Assembly: GCA_002269645.1 (NCBI GenBank)
Contig: NIVC01001205.1
Span: forward strand, 186,001-250,000
Source of the DNA: Macrostomum lignano
Taxonomy: Eukaryota
Direction of reading: 5' to 3'
DNA: 64,000 bases
How positions within the stretch are numbered: the stretch's first letter is position 1; each line of letters begins with the position of its first letter. The notes beneath the pieces are model-generated. The model was given only the letters and a program-made list of their open reading frames with translations. It was not told the DNA's origin and did not search any database. Of the stretch, positions 31,401-43,107 are shown piece after piece. A program made the position numbers and the translations under genes.

Positions 31401-34400
31401 CTGCTACGGCGCCACCTGCTGCGGTGCCATCTGCTCCGGCGCCATCTGCTGCAGCTAAGGCGCCACCTGCTGCGCCGCCATCTGCCGTGGCGCCATCTGC
31501 TGCAGCTAAGGCGCCATCTGCTACGGCGCCATCTGCTGCAGCTAAGGTGCCATCGGCTGCAGCTAAGGTGCCATCGGCTGCAGCTAAGGCGCCATCTGTT
31601 TCGGCGCCTTCTGTTACGACGCCATCTGCTGCACATAAGGCGCCATATGCTACGGCGCCATCTGCTGTAGCTAAGGCGCCATCTGCTGCAGCTAAGGCGC
31701 CATCTGCTACGGCGTCATTTGTTTCGGCGCCATCCGCTACGGCGCTATCTGCGACGGCGCCATCCACTGCGGCTACGGCGCCATCCACTGCGGCTACGGC
31801 GCCATCCACTGCGGCTACGGCGCCATCCACTGCGTCAAGATCAAATGATTGCAGCGGCACTTTAGTCAGGCCGGGAATCGAACCGATGGAGCCAGTATCA
31901 GACAACACTCAGCCTCGACAGCAATCGAACTTGACTTCCAAAAGGTGTGCAAAAAGTTTGAAGCGGCCTAGCGGCAGTGCTGCTCATCCGGAGCTGCCAG
32001 ATAAGAGGCACTGCCCAAGCTCGAGTAGTGCTAGCCGGAGTTCGTCGGATTTGTCAGTTGAAGAAGAATTCACCTCGGAGGAGACAAACTCGCCTGCATG
32101 CCAAGAAGAGCATCGACTGACAGCCAATGGCACGCTAGAACTGGAGTTTAATCAGGTCCTCAGGCAAATGCAGTTCGTGTATTTGACTGCCAATGCACAG
32201 TTCGAGTCGCTGAGGCAGTTGGACTTTCAATCGGTGAGCTTGCGTATTTGATTGATCAATTTTGAGGTTTGTGTGATGTGTTGAGTTCAGGGATCTAAGA
32301 TCATGATTCGGGATCTGGGATCAAGATTCGGGGTCTGGGATCAAGATTCGGGGTCTGGGATCAAGATTCGGGATCTGGGATCATGATTCGGGATCTGGGA
32401 TCAAGATTCGGGGTCTGGGATCAAGATTCGGGATCTGGGATCATGATTCGGGATCTGGGATCATGATTCGGGATCTGGGATCAAGATTCGGGGTCTGGGA
32501 TCAAGATTCGGGATCTGGGATCATGATTCGGGATCTGGGATCATGATTCGGGATCTGGGATCAAGATTCAGAATCTGAATCAAGATTCGGGGTCTGGGAT
32601 CAAAATTCAGAATCTGAATCAAGATTCGGGGGTCTGGGATCAATATTAGGGATCTGGGATCAAGATTTGTGATCTGGGATCAATATCTGGGATCAAGATT
32701 TGTGATCTGGGATCAAGATTTGTGATCTGGGATCAATATCTGGGATCAAGATTTGTGATCTGGGATCAAGATTTGTGATCTGGGATCAAGATTTGTGATC
32801 TGGGATCAAGATTTGTGATCTGGGATCAAGATTTGTGATCTGGGATCAAGATTCGGGGTCTGGGATCAAGATTTGTGATCTGGGATCAAGATTTGTGATC
32901 TGGGATCAAGATTTGTGATCTGGGATCAAGATTTGTGATCTGGGATCAAGATTGGTGATCTGGGATCAAGATTTGTGATCTGGGATCAAGATTTGTGATC
33001 TGGGATCAAGATTCGGGACATGGGATCAAAATTCGGGATCTGGGATCAATATTCGGAGTCTGGGATCAAGTTTTGGGGTCTGGGATCAAGATTTGTGATA
33101 TGGGATCAAAATCTGAGATTTGGGATTAAGAATCAAAATTCGGGATTTGGGATCAATATTCGGGACGTGGGATCAAAATTCGGGATTTGGGATCAATATT
33201 CGGGACGTGAAATCAAAATTCGGGATCTGGGATCAATATTCGGGACGTGAAATCAAAATTCGGGATCTGGGATCAATATTCGGGATGTGGGATCAAAATT
33301 CGGGATCTGGGATCAATATTCGGGATGTAGAATCAAAATTCGGGATATGGGATCAAGATTTTGGATATGGGGTCAAGATTTGTGATCTGGGATCAATATT
33401 CGTAATCGGGGATTGATATAAAATAAACTACTGTGATAATGCTGGAGATTTACAAAAATCAATTAATAATTCTCCCCTTCCTGTACAGTGCCTCAGACTC
33501 GGCAATCGGCAGTCAGCCACAGTCCAGGTTAATTATCTCTCACTGCCGTCAGACTTTATTGCTTGGCGTAGCAACACTTTGGCCTTATCTCCTCAACAGC
33601 AGCATAGCGAATCTGTTGACGACAATCAACAAATGGACGATGATGGCGAAGATGATCAAGATGATGAGGAACTTGAAGGCACGATGTACGTCAATAGCGG
33701 GGAAGACGCAAGCGAACCGGAGCAGCCGGTGGTGCAGCAAGCCGAATATGAAGACACCGAAGATGACATTGTGATGTGCTTTCCAGACAGGCGTGATACT
33801 CACTTCAACCTGAGCTCATTCATATCTTATCCCATGGCTGTCAAAACTGAGCACTCAACAACAACTGACGAGTCGCGGGTTGTTTCTCAAGCTGAGCCAA
33901 TCGAACCGGAGCTCAACTCGCATCGCAGGATATTTGCTGATAAAATTCGATTAGTCCTGATTGCAGACCAGCCAGCCCTAGTAGTTGATGCCGTCTATTT
34001 CTGTTTGGATTGCTGCGAACTGGCTAACTCGATTGAGCAGGCGGCTGATCACTGGCAGTCCAGTGACAGGCTGCACCTGCTACTGCCTATACCGATTCTG
34101 CGCTCCGAGACTGGCAAATACAGTTTCTTGAGAAATAACCGAGAATATCTGACTATTGATCAACTGAAATTCTGCGCTAAGTACTGCCTTCCTAAGTTTA
34201 TTTCGATTAAATGTTCGTTCCAAGGCTGTTCCGGCATGTCCCGGCTGCCTCTGCAGGCCACTGATCAGATGAGCCCTCTTAGTGTCTTTATTAGGTTTGT
34301 TGCTGTTTTAACTTCACTGATTATTTGGTAGTATCATATCCCATCCCAAAAAGTTACCCAGACTCTTGAATTCCATTCCACATTTCTAATTTAAACCCAG

Positions 34401-37400
34401 ATCCTATTTTAAAATCTCAGATCCCCACCTTAAATCCCCAAGCCTCGAATTGCAAATCCCAGATCCCCTTTTTCAAATCGCTCAGATCCCCTTATTAGAA
34501 TCCCAAATCTCAGATCCCCTTTTTCAAATCGCTCAGATCCTCTTATTCAAATCCCAAATCTCAGATCCCCCTTTTCAAATCACAAATATATCTCAGATCC
34601 CCTTTTCGAATCGCAAATATATCTCAGATCCCCTTATTCGAATCCTAAATCCCAGATCCCCTTATTCGAATCGCAAATTTCAGTTCCTCTTATTCGAATC
34701 GCAAATCCCAGATCTCCTATTCGAATCCGAAATCCCAGATCTCCTATTCGAATCCGAAATCCCAGATCTCCTATTCGAATCCGAAATCCCAGATCTCCTA
34801 TTCGAATCCGAAATCCCAGATCCCTTGTCTAAATTTGAAATCTCAGATTCACCTATTCGAATCCCAAATCTCAGATCCCCATATTCGAATCCAAAACCCC
34901 AGATCCCCTATTCGAATCCCAAATCTGAGATCCCCTATACGAATCCCAAATCCCAAATCCATAATTCTAATCACAAGTTCCGAATCTGAGATCCCCAGCC
35001 ATAAATGCAGCTAAGAGTACCCACACTTCCAATTTGTTATAAACATTTATTCAAAGACTGCAAACCGTGAGTGAACCGTCAACCAATCCGCAGACAATTA
35101 AATCACGTGATGAGCACCCACCCGCCGTGCACTGATGTGAACAGTGCCGCATCGGTGACCATCTGCGCGTCCAGCCTAGCATTCAAAGTCGTTCCCGCCA
35201 GTCCAGACAGTGTCACCTATCTGCTCAACCGAATCTACTCTCTACACCAGCTGGGTAGCATCTTGCCGATGTCCAGCATCTCCATGAAGGCGCTGGCCCC
35301 GGCTGAGTCATTAACTTTGCATCCGACGGCTGCCACTCATCTAGCTAACGTGTTCGTGTTTGTCTGCCGCTCTTGCGATAAGCTGAAGGAGACACCATCT
35401 ATTGACTGTTTGGAGCAGTTGTGCTGCTCTTCGCGAAATGACCTCTGCATTGTGCCGGTTACTATGCAGGTGAGTGAGATCCTAGATCTCAGATCCTAGA
35501 TCTCAGATCCTAGATCTCAGATCCTAGATCCCAGATAGTTTCATACTTCGAAGTAGATCCTAGATCCCAGATCTCAGATCCTAGATCTCAGATTCTAGAT
35601 CCTAGATCTCAGATCCCAGATCTCACATCTCAGATCCTAGATCATAAGATCCCAAATCCTCGATACTAGATCCCAGATCCCAGATCCCAGATCCCAGATC
35701 CTAGATCCTAGATTCCAGATTCTACTCGTAGATCCCAGGTCCCAGATCCTCGGTCCTAGATCCCAGATCCCAGATCCCCGATCCTAGATCCCAGGTCCCA
35801 GATCCTCGGTCCCAGAACTTAGATCCCAGATCCTAGATCCCAGGCCCCATATCCTCGGTCTTAGATCCCAGATCCTAGATCCCAGATCCTAGATCCCAGA
35901 TCCTAGATCCCAGATCCTAGATCCCAGATCCTAGATCCCAGATCCTAGATCCCAGATCCTAGATCCCAGATCCTAGATCCCAGATCCTAGATCCCAGATC
36001 CTAGATCCCAGATCCTAGATCCCAGATCCTAGATCCCAGATCCTAGATCCCAGATCCTAGATCCCAGATCCTAGATCCCAGATCCTAGATCCCAGATCCT
36101 AGATCCCAGATCCTAGATCCCAGATCCTAGATCCCAGATCCTAGATCCCAGATCCTAGATCCCAGATCCTAGATCCCAGATCCTAGATCCCAGATCCTAG
36201 ATCCCAGATCCTAGATCCCAGATCCTAGATCCCAGATCCTAGATCCCAGATCCTAGATCCCAGATCCTAGATCCCAGATCCTAGATCCCAGATCCTAGAT
36301 CCTAGATCCCAGATCCTAGATCCCAGATCCTAGATCCCAGATCCTAGATCCCAGATCCTAGATCCCAGATCCTAGATCCCAGATCCTAGATCCCAGATCC
36401 TAGATCCCAGATCCTAGATCCCAGATCCTAGATCCCAGATCCTAGATCCCAGATCCTAGATCCCAGATCCTAGATCCCAGATCCTAGATCCCAGATCCTA
36501 GATCCCAGATCCTAGATCCCAGATCCTAGATCCCAGATCCTAGATCCCAGATCCTAGATCCCAGATCCTAGATCCCAGATCCTAGATCCCAGATCCTAGA
36601 TCCCAGATCCTAGATCCCAGATCCTAGATCCCAGATCCTAGATCCCAGATCCTAGATCCCAGATCCTAGATCCCAGATCCTAGATCCCAGATCCTAGATC
36701 CCAGATCCTAGATCCCAGATCCTAGATCCCAGATCCTAGATCCCAGATCCCAGATCCCAGATCCTACTGGTAGATCCCAGATCCTAGATTCCAGATCCTC
36801 GATCCCAGATCCTAGATCCCAGATCCCAGATCCTATGTCTTAGATTGATCTGTGTCATAAATCGCTTCTAATGTTTTCTAAAGCTTCTAAATCGCTTCTA
36901 GATTTCGCTTCTAAACCCCAGATCCTATATCCCGTCTCAATATTAATATTTTATAATCCATCCTAATTTTTAGATTCGCCAATTGCGCCACTTTCGCTGC
37001 GCCCTGTGCCCGCACAATCCGACAGCCAAGCCGTTCAAGAAAACAATCGAAGGATGCGTGAAGCACACTATTAAATCTCATAGTAATTTTCACTGCAAAC
37101 TCACCTGCCTCCTTTGTTATGGCGCTACAGGAGGCTACAGCTCGTTTCACCTTCAAGAGTTCTTGCATCACGTGCGGCTGCGTCACGCCCAAGTTCTTAG
37201 CGACGCAAATAGCGCTAAAAGAGATCAGCCACTGGCCCTTGTGAAATTCCTGCTGGGCAATGGCAACTTGCCCGCCTTCCCTAAGTGAGTGAGAGCCGGG
37301 AGAGTGAATAAGGGTAGGGTGAGAGTGAATTGGGCTAGGGTGAGAGTGATTTGGGCTAGGGTGAGTGAATTGGGCTAGGGTGAGAGTGAATTGGGCTAGG

Positions 37401-38626
37401 GTGAGAGTGAATTGGGGGAGGCTGAGAATGAATATGGGGAGGGTGAGAGTGAATTGGGCTAGGGTGAGAGTGAATTGGGCTAGGGTGAGAGTGAATTGGG
37501 CTAGGGTGAGAGTGAATTGGGCTAGGGTGAGAGTGAATTGGGCTAGGGTGAGAGTGAATTGGGCTAGGGTGAGAGTGAATTGGGCTAGGGTGAGAGTGAA
37601 TTGGGCTAGGGTGAGAGTGAATTGGGCTAGGGTGAGAGTGAATTGGGCTAGGGTGAGAGTGAATTGGGCTAGGGTGAGAGTGAATTGGGCTAGGGTGAGA
37701 GTGAATTGGGCTAGGGTGAGAGTGAATTGGGCTAGGGTGAGAGTGAATTGGGCTAGGGTGAGAGTGAATTGGGCTAGGGTGAGAGTGAATTGGGCTAGGG
37801 TGAGAGTGAATTGGGCTAGGGTGAGAGTGAATTGGGCTAGGGTGAGAGTGAATTGGGCTAGGGTGAGAGTGAATTGGGCTAGGGTGAGAGTGAATTGGGC
37901 TAGGGTGAGAGTGAATTGGGCTAGGGTGAGAGTGAATTGGGCTAGGGTGAGAGTGAATAAGGGGAGGCTGAGAATGAATATGGGGAGGGTGAGAATGAAT
38001 CGGGGGGGGGAGCTAAGAGTAAATAGGGGGGCTGAGAGTGAATAGGAGGTGAGAGTGAATAGGGGGGCTGAGAGTGAATAGGGGGGCTGAGAGTGAATAG
38101 GGGGGCTGAGAGTGAATAGGGGGTGAGAGTGAATAAGGGGGTGAGAGTGAATAGGGGGTGAGAGTGAATAGGGGGTGAGAGTGAATAGGGGGTGAGAGTG
38201 AATAGGGGGTGAGAGTGAATCGGAGGGGGAGGGCTAAGAGTGACTAGGGGGGGGGCTGAGAGTGACTAGGGGGGGGGGCTGAGAGTGATTTGGAGGGAAG
38301 TTGCTATGCAAATCAATGCGATTGCTTAGGAAAAAAACAGCTCTAATAGAGTGGTGCAGATGGCCAACTATCAAATCCTTTCGGTTGTTTAATGTTAAAG
38401 CTGGTAAAACCTGAAAAAAAAATTCGCATTAATTCGGTTCAACAGATCGCAAGGTCGCGTGGTGCTGGTGTACAAAGGCTGCAGCACCCTGTTCATCTCG
38501 CTGATTCTGCCTCAGTATCCTATCAGTGTGGCTGCAGCCAGCCGCTGTGCTGCCAGCTCAGGAGCTCGTCAGCCGCTACAGGGATCCAATGATGAAGCAC
38601 TCAGGAATCTGCTCAACTCAAGCTGA
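28423..38626 (+). CDS. Unknown ~1674-aa protein: Ala/Pro/Ser/Thr repeat region, acidic stretch and several divergent C2H2-like zinc fingers; exons 28423-28558, 29019-32233, 33489-34294, 35094-35469, 36974-37284, 38446-38626
   Basis: All five GT-AG junctions are phase-compatible (total 5025 nt). The exon 3-4 junction completes CSFQGC...FIR|QLNHVMSTH. Other motifs include CLDC, CRSC, CALC...HTIKSH and CLLC...HVRLRH. Exons 1 and 6 are less certain. Confidence 0.7.
28620..28990. repeat. CCCAGATCCCTAAT-core intronic minisatellite (C-rich orientation)
   Basis: Tandem units in intron 1 of the zinc-finger gene. Confidence 0.9.
29340..31830 (+). repeat. Probably coding tandem repeat (15- and 21-bp units; [12 protein letters not shown]) with a 558-bp higher-order duplication
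   Basis: Unit lengths are multiples of 3 and the frame stays open. Anchor GTACGAAGCT occurs at 29811 and 30369. Confidence 0.9.
32290..33410. repeat. GGGATCTGGGATCAAGATT-core intronic minisatellite (G-rich orientation)
   Basis: Tandem ~20-bp units in intron 2; the core is the reverse complement of the arrays in introns 1, 3 and 4. Confidence 0.93.
34400..34990. repeat. CAGATCCCC..ATTCGAATCC degenerate intronic minisatellite (C-rich orientation)
   Basis: Tandem units in intron 3. Confidence 0.88.
35480..36845. repeat. 14-bp satellite CCCAGATCCTAGAT
   Basis: Near-perfect array filling intron 4. Confidence 0.97.
37300..38290. repeat. 21-bp G-rich minisatellite GGGCTAGGGTGAGAGTGAATT and variants
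   Basis: About 30 near-perfect units plus degenerate ones, in intron 5. Confidence 0.96.
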
Positions 38627-38744
38627 ACGATTGATGAATCTTCATTGATATTGATTGGACATTTTTATTAATTATATTGAGCCATTTTTTCATGTGTGAG
38701 GAGCTTATAGTCTCGAACCTTTGTTGAAAATTGTCGTTTCAAAT

Positions 38745-39480
38745 CCTCAGATATTCTTCCCAGATCCTCAGATATTCTTCCCAGATCATCGGATAGTCTT
38801 CCCAGATCCTCAGATATTCTTCCCAGATCCTCAGATATTCTTCCCAGATCCTCAGATATTCTTCCCAGATCCTCAGATATTCTTCCCAGATCCTCAGATA
38901 GTCTTCCCAGATCCTCAGATATTCTTCCCAGATCCTCAGATATTCTTCCCAGATCACCAGATATTCTTCCCAGATCCTCAGATATTCTTCCCAGATCCCC
39001 AGATATTCTTCCCAGATCCTCAGATATTCTTCCCAGATCCTCAGATATTCTTCCCAGATCCTCAGATATTCTTCCCAGATCCTCAGATATTCTTCCCAGA
39101 TCCTCAGATATTCTTCCCAGATCCTCAGATATTCTTCCCAGATCCTCAGACATTCTTCCCAGATCACCAGATATTCTTCCCAGATCCTCAGATAGTCTTC
39201 CCAGATCACCAGATATTCTTCCCACATCACCAGATATTCTTCCCAGATCACCAGATATTCTTCCCAGATGACCAGATAGTCTTCCCAGATCACCAGATAT
39301 TCTTCCCAGATCCCCAGATAGTCTTCCCAGATCACCAGATATTCTTTCCAGATCACCAGATATTCTTCCCAGATCACCAGATATTCTTTCCAGATCAGCA
39401 GATATTCTTCCCAGATCCTCAGATAGTCTTCCCAGATCACCAGATATTCTTCCCAGATCAGCAGATAGTCTTCCCAGATC
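38745..39480. repeat. 21-bp minisatellite CCCAGATCCTCAGATATTCTT
   Basis: About 35 units; source of the EDLGRIS/FFPDPQI ORFs. Confidence 0.96.
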
Positions 39481-40128
39481 CTTTGTCATTCTAAGCCTAG
39501 TTTCTCAGTCATTATATTCCCAAAATCGTAACTCCTTGTACTTACTACTGACGAACTTTACTACTGACCAAACTTTTATTTTTTTCTACTAAGTGTACCA
39601 ATTTCGAAGTTTTTTGTACGATTTTTTATTTTTATAAACTGAATTCACTATTAATACTATTAGTAGCTTCGTCAGTACCGGGTATCTAATTAAATAACTT
39701 TGAGTTTGCAATGAAACTAATTTTTGCAATTATTTTGTTTAATTATGTTCTAGGTCTCTATTATTCGCTTTTTATATTCACAAGCCTAAATATACGTACA
39801 TGGGGTATCAGTGCATTGATTGATTTATTGACTATTGATGAACATTTTGGGTTTGTTTAAATTCTTTTCTAACAGGTTTACCATTTTATTCGAGTCTTAA
39901 ATTACCCCTGTTAAAATACTGGTCTTTTTAGATACTGAAGTATTCAGGATTCTCCAGAATCTCCCAGATCCTCAGGATTATCAATTCCAATCTCTCAGAT
40001 CCTCAGGATTATCAACCTAAATCTCCCAGATCCTCAGGATTATCACCTTAATCTCCCAAATCCTCAGGATCTGGCACGCAATATGTGCAAACCATCATCT
40101 GTATGCATGCCTCACGCAGTCCCTGACA

Positions 40129-41139
40129 ATGGGCACACCCAAAGAGAAGTTCGATGCAGCAGTTGGCGTCATTCGCAGCCTGCCAAAGGAGGGCGCCTTC
40201 AAGCCGTCAAACGAACTGTTATTAAGACTGTATTCTTTATATAAACAGGCGACTGAGGGTCCGTGCAGGCAGCCTCGGCCCGGCTTCTGGGATCCGGTCA
40301 GTCGTTACAAGTGGGACGCATGGAACTCCTTGGGCGACATGCAGCAGGAGACGGCCATGCTCGAATACGTTGAAGAATTGAAAAAAGTAATCGAGACAAT
40401 GCCTCACACGCCGGATGTGGAGAAATTCTTGGGAACTCTAGGCAGCTTCTATGAGGTTGTGTATGATCGCGGCGGGGAGGAGGGGCAGCATGAGGCTGCT
40501 GAAAGTGCCGCCGCCCCTGTAGCCACTTTTGCCATCGATGAACCGATTGAGGTGGAGGAATCCTCACCTTCGGAACTGTCTTCAGAGGACAATGATGAAG
40601 ACAACAGCGGTGCTGCTGCTTTGCTGCCGAATGGCGTCAGCGGTGGCGGAGTTGAAGAACGAAGCGAAGCCGATGAAGGTGAGGAGTTCTGTGACAGTCT
40701 GGACAGACCGTCGGCTGCTGCGCCTGGAGGACCCGTGGACAGTCTAGTTGGTGCTGCCGCTGCTGCTGCTACAACTTCCGCTACGTTGCAGTCTCCTATG
40801 CAGAATCCTTCCTCCTTGAAGCAGCAACAGCAGCAACCGCCTCCAAAGCAGACTTCCACTGCTCAGCTAACCGAAGCCCTGCGTCAGACCCGACTAATTC
40901 GCGATAGTCTCGCCCAACTCCAAGCCGATTTAGATCGAGTCCATACTAGATTGGATGGATTAGAAGTTACTACTAATAGAAGTAGCAGTAGCAGCGTTTG
41001 GCAAGCGGTATTTGGTAATGTGTCTCCTGCAACTATTGCTTTGGTGGTGCTGTGGCCTCTGCTGTTGCAGTTGCTGTTTAGAAGCGGTCGTCTGCCCGGT
41101 TTCTGGTGGCTTTGGCGGTCGAGACCCAAACGGAGATGA
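40129..41139 (+). CDS. ACBD5: Acyl-CoA-binding domain protein, ACBD4/ACBD5-like (336 aa, single coding exon)
   Basis: N-terminal ACBP domain (EKFDAAV..IRSLP, LLRLYSLYKQATEGPC, KWDAWNSLG, AMLEYV), an acidic linker, a coiled coil and a C-terminal hydrophobic TM segment followed by basic residues. ACBD4 versus ACBD5 cannot be resolved. Confidence 0.85.
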   Translation: MGTPKEKFDAAVGVIRSLPKEGAFKPSNELLLRLYSLYKQATEGPCRQPRPGFWDPVSRYKWDAWNSLGDMQQETAMLEYVEELKKVIETMPHTPDVEKFLGTLGSFYEVVYDRGGEEGQHEAAESAAAPVATFAIDEPIEVEESSPSELSSEDNDEDNSGAAALLPNGVSGGGVEERSEADEGEEFCDSLDRPSAAAPGGPVDSLVGAAAAAATTSATLQSPMQNPSSLKQQQQQPPPKQTSTAQLTEALRQTRLIRDSLAQLQADLDRVHTRLDGLEVTTNRSSSSSVWQAVFGNVSPATIALVVLWPLLLQLLFRSGRLPGFWWLWRSRPKRR

Positions 41140-41617
41140 TCAAATCGTGCAGTTCTTGTGTTTGTAGGCAGGTGGGGCACTGACCCCCTGGTATATGAAA
41201 TTCCCCGGAGCGACGCCTTTGACCCTATGGAAGGGTTTCCTGGAAAAAATCCTACCTGCGGCACTAAATTGAAACTGCTAAAATCTTATGATCCCTTGCT
41301 CCCCTCCCAACTTAGGTTTTTGCGTTGTTTGTTTTGATTTATTTTAAAATAATTATTTGATTTCCGTGCTTTAAAACTAACTGCTCATTCCATTCGTTGT
41401 TGAGTATTGCTTTGCAGTTTAGCGTGTGACGTTTATGTCTTATATAGTGATATTTTCTAAATATATTATATGCAAATGCATAGCATTACCCATTTTTTAA
41501 AGACATTTATGACCCCGCACTTGATTTGCCGTTTTCATTTGCTAATTTGTACTTAATTTGCACACATTTTAAATTCTTTTTATATCAATTGCGATGTCTA
41601 TTTCAACTCACGCCATC

Positions 41618-42825
41618 CCAGAGTGTACTTTCTTACCCCTGTCCTGCCCCCCACCTCACTCCACCCCAGAGTGTACTTTCTCCAGAGTGTACTTTCTTAC
41701 CCCTGTCCTGCCGCCCCACCTCACTCCACCCCAGAGTTTACTTTCTTACCCCTGTCCTGCCCCCACCTCACTCCACCCCAGAGTGTACTTTCTTACCCCT
41801 GTCCTGCCCCCCACCTCACTCTACCCCAGAGTGTACTTTCTTACCCCTGTCCTGCCCCCACCTCACTCCACCCTAGAGTGTACTTTCTCCAGAGTGTACT
41901 TTCTTACCCCTGTCCTGCCCCCCACCTCACTCCACCCCTGAGTGTACTTTCTTACCCCTGTCCTGCCCCCCACCTCACTCCACCCCAGAGTGTACTTTCT
42001 TACCCCTGTCCTGCCCCCCACCTCACTCCACCCTAGAGTGTATTTTCTCCAGAGTGTACTTTCTTACCCCTGTCCTGCCCCCCACCTCACTCCACCCCTG
42101 AGTGTACTTTCTTACCCCTGTCCTGCCCCCACCTCACTCCACCCCAGAGTGTACTTTCTCCAGAGTGTACTTTCTTACCCCTGTCCTGCCCCCCACCTCA
42201 CTCCACCCCAGAGTGTACTTTCTTACCCCTGTCCTGCCCCCCACCTCACTCTACCCCAGAGTTTACTTTCTTACCCCTGTCCTGCCCCCCACCTCACTCC
42301 ACCCCAGAGTGTACTTTCTTACCCCTGTCCTGCCCCCACCTCACTCTACCCCAGAGTGTACTTTCTTACCCCTGTCCTGCCCCCCACCTCACTCCACCCC
42401 AGAGTGTACTTTCTCCAGAGTGTACTTTCTTACCCCTGTCCTGCCCCCCACCTCACTCCACCCCAGAGTGTACTTTCTCCAGAGTGTACTTTCTTACCCC
42501 TGTCCTGCCCCCCACCTCACTCTACCCCAGAGTGTACTTTCTTACCCCTGTCCTGCCCCCACCTCACTCCACCCTAGAGTGTACTTTCTCCAGAGTGTAC
42601 TTTCTTACCCCTGTCCTGCCCCCACCGGGCCACCTCACTCCACCCCAGAGTGTACTTTCTCCAGAGTGTACTTTCTTACCCCTGTCCTGCCGCCCCACCT
42701 CACTCCACCCCAGAGTGTACTTTCTCCAGAGTGTACTTTCTTACCCCTGTCCTGCCCCCCACCTCACTCCACCCCAGAGTGTACTTTCTTACCCCTGCCC
42801 TGCACCACCTCACTCCATCCTAAGG
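41618..42825. repeat. ~48-bp minisatellite (CCAGAGTGTACTTTCTTACCCCTGTCCTGCCCCCCACCTCACTCCACC)
   Basis: About 23 units between ACBD5 and DYNLT. Confidence 0.96.
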
Positions 42826-43107
42826 TGTACTTTTACAGTAACATATAGTTTACAGTTATATAGTTACTATATAACACAGTAACATTTTAACACACAAATG
42901 TTAAAATTGTAAAATTAAATATATGAAATGAATAAATTTGAGTAGATACATACAAAAATGAAGAAATCAATATGCAACTATTTAATTTATTATTTAGTGT
43001 CTTTGACTTTTTAGTTTCAAACGAGTTTATGCTTATTTTGTATGCAGTTTCACAAAATAAATAATATTCTTCCAATTCTGCTGCATGTTGTCAGTCGCAG
43101 ATTCCAG

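Noticed and set aside
29137-31908. 923-aa minus-strand ADGA ORF and 649-aa LRRHLL alternative-frame ORF
   Set aside because: These are shadow frames confined to the repeat. Only the Ala/Pro frame extends into unique sequence and has phase-compatible splice sites.
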